NCBI GenBank assembly: GCA_002633005.1
Contig: NMRA01001221.1
Span: 1-35,357, forward strand
Source: Phoronis australis
Lineage: Eukaryota; Animalia; Phoronida
Direction: 5' to 3'
Length of the DNA stretch: 35,357 bases
Part shown: positions 11,801 through 22,076 of the stretch, in pieces
Position numbering within the stretch: position 1 is the first letter of the stretch
Layout: each line of letters starts with the position of its first letter
Notes under the pieces: generated by a model
What the model saw: only the letters and a program-made list of their open reading frames with translations
Databases searched by the model: none
What the model was told of the DNA's origin: nothing
Program-made: the position numbers and the translations under genes

Positions 11801-14800
11801 AGGTGAGCATCACACAGACCTAATATTATAGACTACCAATCATATTCAAATAAAAGGTGCGATCTTTTCATTGGCACATCAAGCTGTACAGTATACTGTG
11901 CTCCAGACGAGGACGTCTACCTTCACCTAATGTAGCAGATCTGTCACAAGATCTCCGCTTCTCAGAAATAGATTCTGTTAGATTAGCTAGCGAACACAAC
12001 TATTTAAGAGTTATTACACGGCATAAAACGCGGAACACGTGACTTAACTAGCTTTCACATGAATATCTCACTCAACGGAACAGGCCCTTACTCTCTCTCC
12101 ATAAACCCGCGTTCCGTTCAAGAAGCTAAATTTTTAATGGAACCACAACCCGTAACATAATTGGTCTCCCCAAGATCTTTACTCACATAAGAAGTGATTT
12201 CTGGGTTCGTAAAAAATCAATATGTTATTATTCTTTGCAGGACATGCTTCGAGCATAAAATAACACGCCGTGACAAGCCAAGTTATAGCGCTTGAACTAA
12301 CGCAATAACGAGCTGTCAGCTCTTTCCAAGCGCTAAAATTCTCTGCACTTTGACTAACAAATAATTGAGATAAATTTCATAACAGTAACTGGTTTAAATC
12401 AAAGGTTGTTTTCTGTAACATAAAGGCAGTTGACAGGCGCTGTAGACATTAGTCTATTCTTCTTGTGAAAAGGTTAAGACAGTCGTATTATATAACTGAA
12501 TTGACTCATATACATGCTTTATTGTTGGTTCTTTTCTTTCCAGCAAAATAATGCAAGACCGATGTGAGTTGTAAACCCCGTCTAATAAGCTATGTCATTT
12601 TAGGAAAGGAAGGACCAGTTGGTTACGGATTTCCCGGTCGTGATGGGGAGCCCGGCCCACCAGGAAGGGCAGGAAACCCAGGTTCTCCAGGTTTCCCCGG
12701 AGACGACGGTCCCAAAGGAGACAAGGGTGATACTGGCGCAGGCGAACCTGGACCCCCCGGTGAACTGGGACAACCTGGATTTCCAGGACGAGAAGGCAGG
12801 CCTGGTCCCCCAGGTCCACGAGGTAGTGATGGGTTCGGATTACCCGGACCTCCTGGCCCCAAGGGAGACGAAGGTGCTGGATTTCCAGGACTTCAAGGAC
12901 CGGAAGGTACTAAGGGAGAGCGCGGAGATCCAGGCCCTAGAGGTCCCCCAGGTCAGAAAGGAGAATCAGGATTGCCTGGATTTGACGGTCGTGACGGAAA
13001 TCCTGGAGTTGGCTCGAAAGGGGAAAAGGGAGAACCTGGTCAGTTTGTACCTGTAGCTGGTCCTCCCGGCAGGCCGGGGTCTCCAGGTGAACCTGGACAA
13101 GGTGTTGAAGGTCCCAAGGGATCAAAGGGCGAGCAGGGTCGACCCGGACGACCAGGTGGCGAAGGTACCCCAGGAGCTCCAGGAAAGCCCGGCCCTTCCG
13201 GTGCACCCGGAAACCCAGGAACGCCAAGTGAGTGTATGATGATAGCGTGAGCCCCTCTATCAAAATGACTTCAGTTTATGTTATGTCAAGCTGTTGCTAA
13301 TGTCATGTCAAGAGCAATGAAATTCGGTTTCCGAGATAAGTGACCTCTGTAACAACTTTGCCATTTTCCATTGTTCACCTCTCGTGAAGTGAATCGGATC
13401 TTTATCGCATATTAAACAACCAACCTGTTTTTGTGGTTAAAACCATCACTCTCGGTGGCTAATACTGCCGATTGTTTTCCTATAATCTCCAAATGATTCC
13501 TCAGCACTCCTCTTTTTAAAAATTGATCTGTGCATGTCTGAAATTAGGACTGAGGTGTAGTTTCATTAGTGGACACGTGTCATGACGAGAGTTAAAGAAG
13601 AAATTTTAGCACGTAAAACTTGTTGTTTTCCCAGTTGCTTTCAGTATTTAAAATCTTTTTGATAAAATAAACACAGAAGTAGCAGGTAGATAAAAGATTC
13701 GGGGTTGGTAGTAGAACCCCTTCTAGCGGCCGCAGAATACATGCACTTGCCACGGAACGGGTCTCTTACCATGCACTGCAAGAGCTCTTACCACCGCACT
13801 GCAAGGACCGTGTGGTACATGGTACGTGGCAATTGTACTTGTGAGAGGTTGCAGTTCAGCTTACAAGGTAAGGGTAGTATATGTACCGGTCCATTATTAG
13901 TAAGTTGTCAGTCGGCCGTGGCAAGCGATGGATTTCTTACGCTGCAATTGTGAAAATACGCTGTTCCAGAGATAGAACTAGATGGTTACGACTATTGTAA
14001 CATTTGATCGCGCTCAAATCATTTTTGTTCATTTAATTTCTCAGGTCCGTCGAATTATGTAGGAGGCGGACGAACTGCTTTCGTCTACGCTCGTCACAGC
14101 CAAAGCGCGTACGTTCCTCTATGTGATGATGACCATATCACGTTGTGGGAGGGGTATAGCTTGCTTCATACCGAGGATGACGGTCGAGCTAATGTGCAAG
14201 ACCTGGGTAAGACCACGAGATACTCTTTCATGATTTTCACTTCATCTAGCTTAAAACATTGATCTATAGTAGTTTTAAATCGGCACTTTGCAGGGCTTTA
14301 ACACCACCTAGTGTTACTCGAGATCTTCGTTGAAGGAATGGCTCACAGTCAAAAGCACGTCCATTTGCTTCCCCATTGCAGACAATTGCTGCACCAACTC
14401 AATATCATTTGTCTTTTAACCAGGATCTGCTGGTTCCTGCCTGAGGGAGTTCAGTCCCATGCCCTTTATGTTCTGCGGTATTCGTAATCGGTGCTACTAC
14501 GCAAGCCGAACTGCCGCCTCTTATTGGTTGTCAACTAACAGAACTGCTCCTCTGGCGCCCGTGTCAGCCAGTGAAATCCTGCCATATGTCGGCCGCTGCG
14601 CCGCCTGTTACGCCACCTCTCAGCCCATCGCCGTGCACAGCCAAAATAAGAGAGCTCCCGACTGTCCTGACGGTTGGAGACAGCTGTGGGAAGGATTCAG
14701 TTTTGTTATGGTGAGTATCTTTAAAAAATCACATACAGACAGCTTTAGTGACTGAAGTACATCCAAATCTCAAATTTTCACAATCAAACGCACGTAGCCT

Positions 14801-15781
14801 ACCATTCGATCGGTACCTGGTTGGTTTTCATTTATGTTTTCGAACGAGCTCAAAGCAAATTGTCATAGGGGCCGTTACTTTGGACTGCCATCAAATATCA
14901 AGTTTTTTAAAACAAGTGCGAATTCAAACCTTATTGTCAGATATTTTCGTAAGTTAATGCTCTACTCATATGTACTCCAATGCACGTAAGATTTTAAAAG
15001 CAAATAATCAGTTTCCCACGTTTCGGCTGACCCCCATCTCCGCTGAGCACTCAATCCGTGCCAGTATGTAGCCTTCATGGTGAGGATCAAAACGTGTATT
15101 CGAAGTTTTTTTAATGGGATTGAGATCCGTTTGGTTAAGCATAGATTTTAATAATATTTATTAATCACGTTTCCTTCGCCGATGTACGACAGATCATGTG
15201 TTCGCCCGGACCTTATCGGAAGATTAAACTGATCAGTGTTGGACTTGACTGATAGGTGTATAAAGCCTGGACCCTATTGAGAGTTATACATGTACGTTTG
15301 ATAGCTGCAATGACATTGCGTCAACACACGTCATGTTGTTGTTATTGAACAATTTATATGACGTTATGCAACAATTAAACTTATTCAGTTTTGAAGTTTT
15401 ATGCAACCCACCACAAAATTGTCTATAAATATTTTACCACAATAATAAGACGTGATCAGTTTGGATCATTTCCCGAATTCGTAACAAGTGTTTGTTTTCC
15501 AGCATTCCGTTGGCGCGATGGGTGGTGGTCAGGATCTGGCGAGTCCCGGAAGTTGCCTCGAGAAATTCCGCACTAACCCCTACATAGAATGTAATTCGCG
15601 CGGCGAGTGTCATTCCTTCTCCGACAAGTTCACGTACTGGCTTGTTCACGCCGAACAGCAAGATGACCCTCCGAGATTTCCTGTGAGGCCTAAGACCCTG
15701 AGGGTTGGAGAAATTATGAACAACATGGGTCGTTGCAGGGTTTGCATCATGGATCCAGACGCACAGAAAGTGACACCATAA
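2724..15781 (+). CDS. COL4A2-like: Type IV collagen-like chain (alpha2-like NC1), 5'-partial. Spliced CDS join(2724..2858,3575..3619,6676..6801,7691..7798,8411..8486,10519..10571,11730..11802,12604..13227,14045..14206,14424..14710,15503..15781)
   Basis: Eleven exons with AG/GT boundaries and matching phases (0,0,0,0,1,0,1,1,1,0) join into one 655-aa frame ending in TAA at 15779-15781. Interrupted Gly-X-Y repeats are followed by a two-repeat NC1/C4 domain (RHSQ..C, LWEGYS, QDLGSAGSCL, YWLST, HSQ..CP.GW..LW.GFSFVM, SPGSCLE.FR..P.IEC, RCRVC) with all 12 Cys. No start or signal peptide is visible. Confidence 0.93.
3575..3619 (+). CDS. COL4A2-like: Collagen exon, 45 bp ([15 protein letters not shown])
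   Basis: ccattttag|GGA acceptor, CGA|gttcgt donor, 5 triplets, phase 0-0. Confidence 0.85.
5252..5840. mobile_element. Non-autonomous DNA transposon (MITE) with ~50-bp TIRs and a 10-bp TSD
   Basis: CAGCCTCGTCCCCAAGCCTCAAAATGGCGCTGATCGGTTTAGCCATTTGAG (5252-5302) is inverted at 5790-5840. Flanks are ACTCGTAGAC (5242-5251) and ACTCGTGGAC (5841-5850). Confidence 0.8.
5866..6024. mobile_element. Short MITE with CCTGGG...CCCAGG termini
   Basis: Imperfect TIRs CCTGGGCTGAGTTGAATAAA / TTTATGCAACTGGGCCCAGG. A diverged inverted copy of the interior lies at ~15266-15410. Confidence 0.6.
6038..6541 (-). mobile_element. Kolobok-like non-autonomous element carrying a THAP-domain remnant
   Basis: TTAA|AGGAGAATGCCACCC at the left end and GGGTGGCATTCTCCT-TAAA at the right. 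These are 15-bp TIRs with a TTAA-type site, enclosing a THAP-like ORF. Confidence 0.7.
6131..6367 (-). pseudogene. THAP zinc-finger (C2CH) fragment
   Basis: CIVPAC...GISFIFDF...RKWLALV...LRVCGRHF matches the THAP signature (C-x4-C, W, C-xx-H-F). There is no in-frame ATG (nearest ATG, at 6378, is out of frame) and no catalytic transposase domain. Confidence 0.7.
6676..6801 (+). CDS. COL4A2-like: Collagen exon, 126 bp ([19 protein letters not shown]...GLDGFR)
   Basis: gttttag|GGT acceptor, CGC|gtgagt donor, 14 triplets. Confidence 0.92.
7691..7798 (+). CDS. COL4A2-like: Collagen exon, 108 bp ([10 protein letters not shown]...[12 protein letters not shown])
   Basis: ttattttag|GGT acceptor, AAG|gtcagt donor, 12 triplets. 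Contains the only Cys in the visible helix (GIPGCDGAK, 7S-like). Confidence 0.92.
8411..8486 (+). CDS. COL4A2-like: Collagen exon, 76 bp ([26 protein letters not shown])
   Basis: tcttttag|GGT acceptor, CCAG|gtgaga donor (phase 1), one interruption (GPAN). Confidence 0.9.
10280..10353 (-). mobile_element. Degraded tRNA-derived SINE head
   Basis: Minus strand begins GGAGGCAGTGTGTCCTAGCG (A-box-like) and has a degenerate B box (GGTTTCAAGTTCC). Confidence 0.35.
10519..10571 (+). CDS. COL4A2-like: Collagen exon, 53 bp ([18 protein letters not shown])
   Basis: tttttcag|GA acceptor (phase 1), CCG|gtaggc donor (phase 0). Confidence 0.88.
11730..11802 (+). CDS. COL4A2-like: Collagen exon, 73 bp ([25 protein letters not shown])
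   Basis: ttctacgcag|GGT acceptor, CCAG|gtgagc donor (phase 1). Confidence 0.9.
12604..13227 (+). CDS. COL4A2-like: Large collagen exon, 624 bp, interrupted Gly-X-Y to the end of the helix
   Basis: cattttag|GA acceptor, CCAA|gtgagt donor. Lies within ORF 12564..13250. Confidence 0.94.
14045..14206 (+). CDS. COL4A2-like: NC1 exon 1 ([27 protein letters not shown]...[22 protein letters not shown])
   Basis: tttctcag|GT acceptor, CTGG|gtaaga donor, C4-domain motifs RHSQ, LWEGYS and QDLG. Confidence 0.93.
14424..14710 (+). CDS. COL4A2-like: NC1 exon 2, 287 bp ([18 protein letters not shown]...LWEGFSFVM)
   Basis: ttttaaccag|GA acceptor, ATG|gtgagt donor, 6 Cys of NC1. Confidence 0.95.
15266..15410 (-). 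mobile_element. Diverged copy of the 5866-6024 MITE
   Basis: Reverse complement ATAAGTTTAATTGTTGCATAACGTCA...ATTGTTCAATAACAACAACATGACGTGTG aligns to ~5907-5966. Confidence 0.55.
15503..15781 (+). CDS. COL4A2-like: NC1 exon 3, terminal coding exon ([23 protein letters not shown]...[17 protein letters not shown])
   Basis: ttttccag|CAT acceptor, second C4 repeat with 5 Cys, TAA stop. Confidence 0.95.
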   Translation, partial: HSVGAMGGGQDLASPGSCLEKFRTNPYIECNSRGECHSFSDKFTYWLVHAEQQDDPPRFPVRPKTLRVGEIMNNMGRCRVCIMDPDAQKVTP

Positions 15782-16507
15782 GCATTTGCGACCCTTCACA
15801 AAATATGAATACTCACACGTTAATGATTGGTAGAATGGATGAAATGAGTACAGTATTAGACTGTGCATGTAGCTGACCTTTTTCACATAACGAAACATAA
15901 TGCATGCGCATGCACGAACACGGATTTGTGGAATATTCTACATGCTCGCCACCTGTTGGCTGGAAATGCACATGTGATGTCTACCTCCATCCGTGAAAAG
16001 GCCAAAGGATACTTAAAGTTACTTTGTAGTTACTGTATAATAGCCATCGGTTAGCAGGGTTAAACGTGTGCTTTAGAAAAATGCACATCTAACTACTTTT
16101 GCTTAACCAAACTGACGTCAAAATTTTGAACTAAAGGCCAATGAATGAACATTTATATTCTAAATCTGTGCTTGTAACGACTACAATGCATGCATACATT
16201 GCGGTGTTATTTCTGGAGTCATCTGTTAAGACAGTGAAATTTTGCAGCATCCTGCACTAGTTTTTGCAAATTGTTAAACTCATTTCTGTTTCGTTTTAAT
16301 TTCCAGTTTACATCTAATATCTTAAGAATAGCAGTCAACCACTTGTTACAATATAACCGATTGTGTACTTTTCAAAGATGTGAATTCGAAAATGTTGCAA
16401 CTGAGTTTCGTAGGACGAGTGCTGAGAAAGTATTTAGAATATATTGACACCAGAAAATAGTTCATCATTATGAAGACGTGTCTGAGCTATGTGTTCCACG
16501 TGATTTA

Positions 16508-16832
16508 GGCCCTGTCCACACAACCTCGCTTTAATTTGAAAACTCTTTTTTTTTCAAAACGTTCTACATCTTCACGTACCGTTTTCTTATCATTTTAAAA
16601 GAGTTCAACACCCTCTTGAGTCGTGCTCGAATGTTTGTGAAATATATTGTCTCCTCATGAATACGCATTTTTTTCTTGCGTTTTCCCTTCACACGAATAC
16701 GCTGAAACAATCGTAATGTTTGCGATTTCAAGACATTGCGTTTTCGTTTGTGAACACTTGTGCACGGAAGCCACATCCAAAAGGAAAAAGTGTTGCGTTT
16801 TCAAATTAAAATGGGAGTCGCGTGGATAGGGC
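16508..16832. mobile_element. Harbinger-like MITE
   Basis: Imperfect TIRs GGCCCTGTCCACAC...TTTAATTTGAAAAC / GTTTTCAAATTAAAA...GTGGATAGGGC, with TTA on the left flank. Confidence 0.55.
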
Positions 16833-18489
16833 GTTTTGTTGTGCTGTATTCACTGGGTGTAAGACACTCGCCAAACAGCAAGATCACACACAAGTCTTGA
16901 CGACATGTGAACATGCATTCAAAGTGAAGCAGGTGATCACACACACAAGTATTACTTGAAATTGTCTTGCGTCTGTCAAGCACCACCTAGTGAGTTTAGA
17001 GTCACCCATCCATACTGTACATCACTAATGGCTTCCACTTTAACTGTCAATTCACAGCAACACCTTTTACAAATGTGAACATATTCCGTGTTATCCCCAA
17101 ACAAAACTAAGAATTAACGACAAACAATAACATTGTTGAAACCTTTCCATACACTGAAAACTGATTTTCATCCACAAAATGATAAATCGTGGGCAAAGAA
17201 AAAGATATGAGGAGCTACCGACTGAAACATGGTTGGTTAACTCTTCCAAAATTAAAGTAGGTTTAGGTCTACACTGAAACAGTTATACTATCAAAATAGG
17301 CTATGTAATAAATGCCAGAAATACCGAGCAAGCGCACGTATTTCCAATATCGTCATTGCCTGTCTCTCGGCGAGACATTCTGGTCTGCATCTCTAAGCAT
17401 TCTAATTAAATGATTGACTAAATATCACTGCTAATCACTAGATTACCAATGATTAATCCTTCCGCATTTGCGCAGTAATTGCACTGAAGTATCTTGTTGC
17501 CATGAAGCAATTTTTCTCATTAGCGAGCGATTGGTTGCAGCCAAATAAATACACAGTGTTGTCGAGACGTAACGGTGATTTGAAAGTTCCTTCGAGCTTT
17601 CACTCAACGGATATTAGAAAATGTAATTTAGAATAGCAGGTAAGTAAATTTCTTTCAATTATAATAACATTTTTAGTGGCAATTTTTGCTTGAATATAAT
17701 CTGACTTATCAAGTGAAATTTTTATCGTCTCGAAATGGTGTTGTTCCTTTCTTTTTTCTAAATAAAATGCAACATTTTGAGAAACCAGCTTGAAATAATG
17801 TTTTGTTACATACTAGTAGCTGATGATTTGATTGAGAAATTTCCCAATGGGATGTTTACATAACGGTTGTTCTTTTTAAAATAATTTTACATGTACCATC
17901 ATTGGATGCCGGCTGGAAACTGCTCAGTAATAACACTACTTTTTGGCCATAGTAACAGGAGAAAGTTGAAAATAAAAACTGCGAGGCCACTCATAATCGG
18001 TTTACTGACATAAAACCATCATCAGAAAGCAATGTCACTAATCGGCTATACAGCCAAAACACTACCCTCTGACACAGCGCCACCAGTATTGAAAAGTGGC
18101 CCTGTGGAAACATGATGCACAACGCACGGAATTCCGTGTGTGGGCATCAAAACGCATGCTTTGGTCAGAAGTATACCGATCACATCGCTACCACTTGAAC
18201 ACGCCATTATGCCCTGTACTTGTTTGGGCTTAAGCCACTGGATCAGGGTTCCTTGATTTTGTTTATTTCGATCACTGCCGTTTTAATAAATTACAACTAT
18301 TCGAGTTCAAGGTGATCGCCTATTCTACGCAGCAGTAAACTGAACGGTATTTTACAGATTTTAACCAATGGGATGACTGAATGTTATGACGTCGGTTTCA
18401 TTACTTTAACCAATGAGAAGCCTGTGACGTTAAACAACACTCCAAAGTGATACCTTTCGTAGCACTGCGAAAGAGTGTAACAAAACACT

Positions 18490-18795
18490 TAATGAACACC
18501 ACAATGCATGAGTAGTACTGGTAAGGGACAAAACAGTGACCAGAACAACTCAAAACCATATGACCCATCATTTCTGTTGAGTGAGCTCTCATCATGAGTC
18601 TGTTTGAAGTGAATAGATTCACGGATAAACAGTTTGAACTTGTTAGGGTCTTTGTCTATCTCATGACCAGTCAACACAAAGTGTGCAAAAATACCACTGT
18701 TTGGGGTGTTTAGCACACTCATTGACTCTTGTTTGCAAGACCCTAATTGCCATGCCTATATAAAAGTCATCACAGGGCCTGGTTTATTTGTAGCA
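18490..18795 (-). pseudogene. Penelope-like element GIY-YIG endonuclease remnant
   Basis: Minus-strand frames give YK*TRPCDDFYIG..R.L, then SGIFAHFVLTGHEID...KLFIRESIHFK...SLNRNDG. This is the typical PLE GIY-YIG C-terminal pattern, with stops and frameshifts. Confidence 0.7.
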
Positions 18796-18820
18796 GTTAT
18801 CATCTTTTCGAGTAACTGAC

Positions 18821-18916
18821 CTGCATGCTCGTATCGAAACATGTATATGGGTGAAAGTACACCTGTACGACACAGTCCAGCGGCCAGAGAGCGTTAACTT
18901 CTGCTGCACCAGTGGT
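18821..18916 (-). other. Candidate minus-strand exon, 96 bp (TTGAAEVNALWPLDCVVQVYFHPYTCFDTSMQ)
   Basis: ccttgttttcag| acceptor and CAG|gtcagt donor. Phase 0-0, compatible with the 20221-20267 exon. Confidence 0.3.
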
Positions 18917-20220
18917 CTGAAAACAAGGTATACATAATTGTCACCACTTGATGGGATAGGTTCGTGTGAAACTTGGAAAACAAGCGCACGCGTTTGCTTT
19001 AAGCATGCTGCAGAGAATCAAAATGCACTTGATGGAAAATAAATTTGATCACACAGTGTTTGAAATTAGTAAACGAATATAATTTAATTAATAGGATATG
19101 GAACGAGGACGGATGAAATATAAAATAACTCTATTTCAAATCAGCAAGCGGAGGAATGTTAAAAATAATCATACAATTAGAAAACAAAACTATTTAAGAG
19201 GCATGGAACGCGAAAGACAGAATAATTTACATTATTCAAAGTGTTTCTCTGCCACTGAAACAGGATTCAACCTGCTTAACAGTTATTTTCACCGTTTGTT
19301 CGTAAAGAACTGGAATTTCTTGGTTGATTTTTCCCCCTCAAGGCTAAGCACGTCTCCTTATTGGATATCACAAGACATAGCCGTAAAGGCAATGGATATT
19401 GATGTAAGTCCCGACTGTTAATAAAACTAATTGCAAAGGTGTCGTAGTACTCAATTAAATTCTAAAATTCACTTGAATTAGTTTTGGAAGATTGCTTGCC
19501 TCATACTGTTCCTTCGACTTCAGATTCGAAGTGCGATCACTCAATCTGCCGTTTTCTTGTCAGTCAGCTTCTTGTCGGATGATTGTGAGCGCATTTGTCA
19601 TAAGTGGGAGGGAGGTTATAAGCTGTGATGATTACAGAGTTTTTCCTTCGCGGCGCATATTTCTATAATCATCAATTTTGTGATTTTTTTCTGGAAATTG
19701 CCTCACAATGGAAACTGAATAACGTTGTATCAGATAATGTGGGATGGTAATTTCGTCGAGAATTGTTTAGATTATATTTTTGACGAGCTATCGCGTTCCA
19801 TGCCTCTATAAATGATGTCAGCAAGGAATTACTGTAGATCACCTTCTAGATAACACTTTTGACAAAATAAAAAAGTTGCATTACCAGTCAAATAAAATGA
19901 CCAGAAATTTCCAGTCACGATGGCTGTGAAGTAACGGGAAAGTTAGTAAGCAATTGCGGAGTTGCAACCGAATCGATTTAACGATTGCGCATGTCCGGAA
20001 GTTATGATGCGCAAAGGCTATTGGGATTGATTAACGTATGTGGAATGGCCGATTGGTTTGCACGACGTGTGATTTTTGTGCATTTAACTACGCTGCTGTA
20101 TGTATTTCTGCCGCTATTCGCCCTAATAAGCGCCCATGCCCCAATAAATGGCCCCAAGCGTTTTCGGAATTCGCTAAAGTAAACGCCCAGCCAATGAACT
20201 ACTAGCGTAAAATGCCTTAC

Positions 20221-20267
20221 CTGTAGTCTTAACGTCTCCAATTTATCAATTGAAAGATCCGACAGTC
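20221..20267 (-). other. Candidate minus-strand exon (GLSDLSIDKLETLRLQ in its only open frame)
   Basis: caatttcag| acceptor and CAG|gtaagg donor. Only the phase-1 frame is open. Confidence 0.3.
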
Positions 20268-20894
20268 CTGAAATTGTAGACCACGAGCCTCACCGTTATG
20301 GCCATATACACTTCCAGCTTACGCCGCGATTCAAAAAAGAAACTCGACTAATGTTAGCACGCGGCCAAGAAGCGCACGCTGCATAATGTACCGGCTGTCA
20401 TCGAAGACATTTAGTCGGGAACTATATATTCATGAATCGGGTAACATAGCCTAGGCAAGAAATAAATATTGGCTCTAATTTCCGAGAGTTTCTAATACCG
20501 TAAAAACGTTTACATTATTTTTAAGAGAAATTCTTTAACTAATCATAATCGTTGTCAAAATGACCTACTGATAGCGAACACATTCACACCCTTACACACT
20601 GAATCTTCCGAAAAATAGCTGTACGGTCACGCATCCACTCAGCCGGCGACTCAATGAGTGACATATCGGTCTTACCGAAACAATTCTCGAACGTTTTTTA
20701 GCAGATTGAGGCCAGCAAGTGCTAAGCTATGTATTAGAATACGTACGCTCTGCTTGACTGCTTGAGTTAATTTCTTTGGATACACTGCACACCTAGATCA
20801 TTACATCGTATTTACTCTGGCAAATGAACTCTGATGACAAGGACACGCACGCTTACCCTCATACACACCCACACATGCAAACTTCAAAACAAAC

Positions 20895-20904
20895 GTCACG
20901 TGAC
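20895..20904. promoter_or_regulatory. Palindromic E-box (GTCACGTGAC) upstream of a strong splice donor; candidate promoter of the 22077 ORF
   Basis: Perfect 10-bp palindrome followed by CAG|GTAAGT at 21049/21050. Function is inferred only. Confidence 0.25.
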
Positions 20905-22076
20905 AACAACGTCTGTTCCTCCAGAGATTTTTCTTGTGTTGCGGGCTACAATCTAGTGCAGATTTGGACTTAATCTGCACTTAATCCACACTCCACGAGA
21001 ACTTAAAAATCTTAGAGAAACTATTTGGAAAACTTGAGGAGGATTTCAGGTAAGTTGTTGAGTCTTATTCAAGAATTCAAGCCCTATCGACGATTGCGAG
21101 ACCGGCAGCAACGCATTTGTCGGCGAGATTTCGCCCTGGGATTTCAACACAATTTTCTGAAAAACGATCGTAATTTAACAACGAATTTTGATAGAAATTC
21201 ACCACAATTTTGTAGAAAGTAAATAATAATATCCTGGACTTAATCTTAGCACGTTAATGCATAGTGTGCGTTAACTGACTCGACACTGACAAAACAGGTG
21301 ATTGTGCAGAGGCATTATCCTCAAAATTGCTCAAGTTGGCCTGGTTCTGGTCAAGCGAAAACTAGTTTTTTTACTACCCTCCGCCGTGGAGTACTTGTTA
21401 CTGTTTCTTTCAAGGGAAATATTGCTGGTCAGTTTCCAAGATGCGTTTTCTTGCCGCCCTCAAAATGAGCGCTGCATACTTTATGCCACGAAGTCGGAAA
21501 GAATTCATTAAATTGTCCTTTGCTACCAGCTCTACCGATGTTTCTGACCCATTTTTGCGCAGTTCTTGATCCTTGGGAAACAGGTAGTAACTAAATTCTT
21601 TATCTCGCTAACTGGTATTATAGCAGCCAGGCACACAACACGTATAACCTTTCTGTGGCCGGTTCGCCTCCACGCTTGCCGACGTACTTGTTTACCGACT
21701 TAACCACAATGCAACATTCTGACCCATTTCCAATATGGCGGCGTTGCAACTCCGCTATTCGGTAATTAGAGCTTTGCCGCCCTAATAATAATTACTAGTA
21801 ATTTTGCGTTGACATAATTAATCGCCATGACAGAAAGCGGCATGTCGTTCTTTTTCTCTCACTGCATGTTCATCAATACGGAAATTGTTAGAACCCTTTT
21901 GCTAAGCACTAATCCATTAAAAGAATTCGTCATGGTATTCCTTGGTGCACGAGTTGTATTTATACCCCCCAACGTTCCTGTTTAGGATGGCAATATCTCC
22001 ACACTCTTGCAAAACTTATACTTGAATCGGTTTTTAAGACTAATACTTAGACTAATTGCTTTTGTAGATTTGCGCA

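Noticed and set aside
12595-13263. Overlapping ORFs (12595-, 12619+, 12623-, 12937-), including an antisense Gly/Pro-rich frame
   Set aside because: Shadows of the GGN-CCN codon pattern of the collagen exon
17924-18024. Box C/D snoRNA on the minus strand (TGATGA...CTGA)
   Set aside because: Weak terminal stem and no recognisable rRNA-complementary guide
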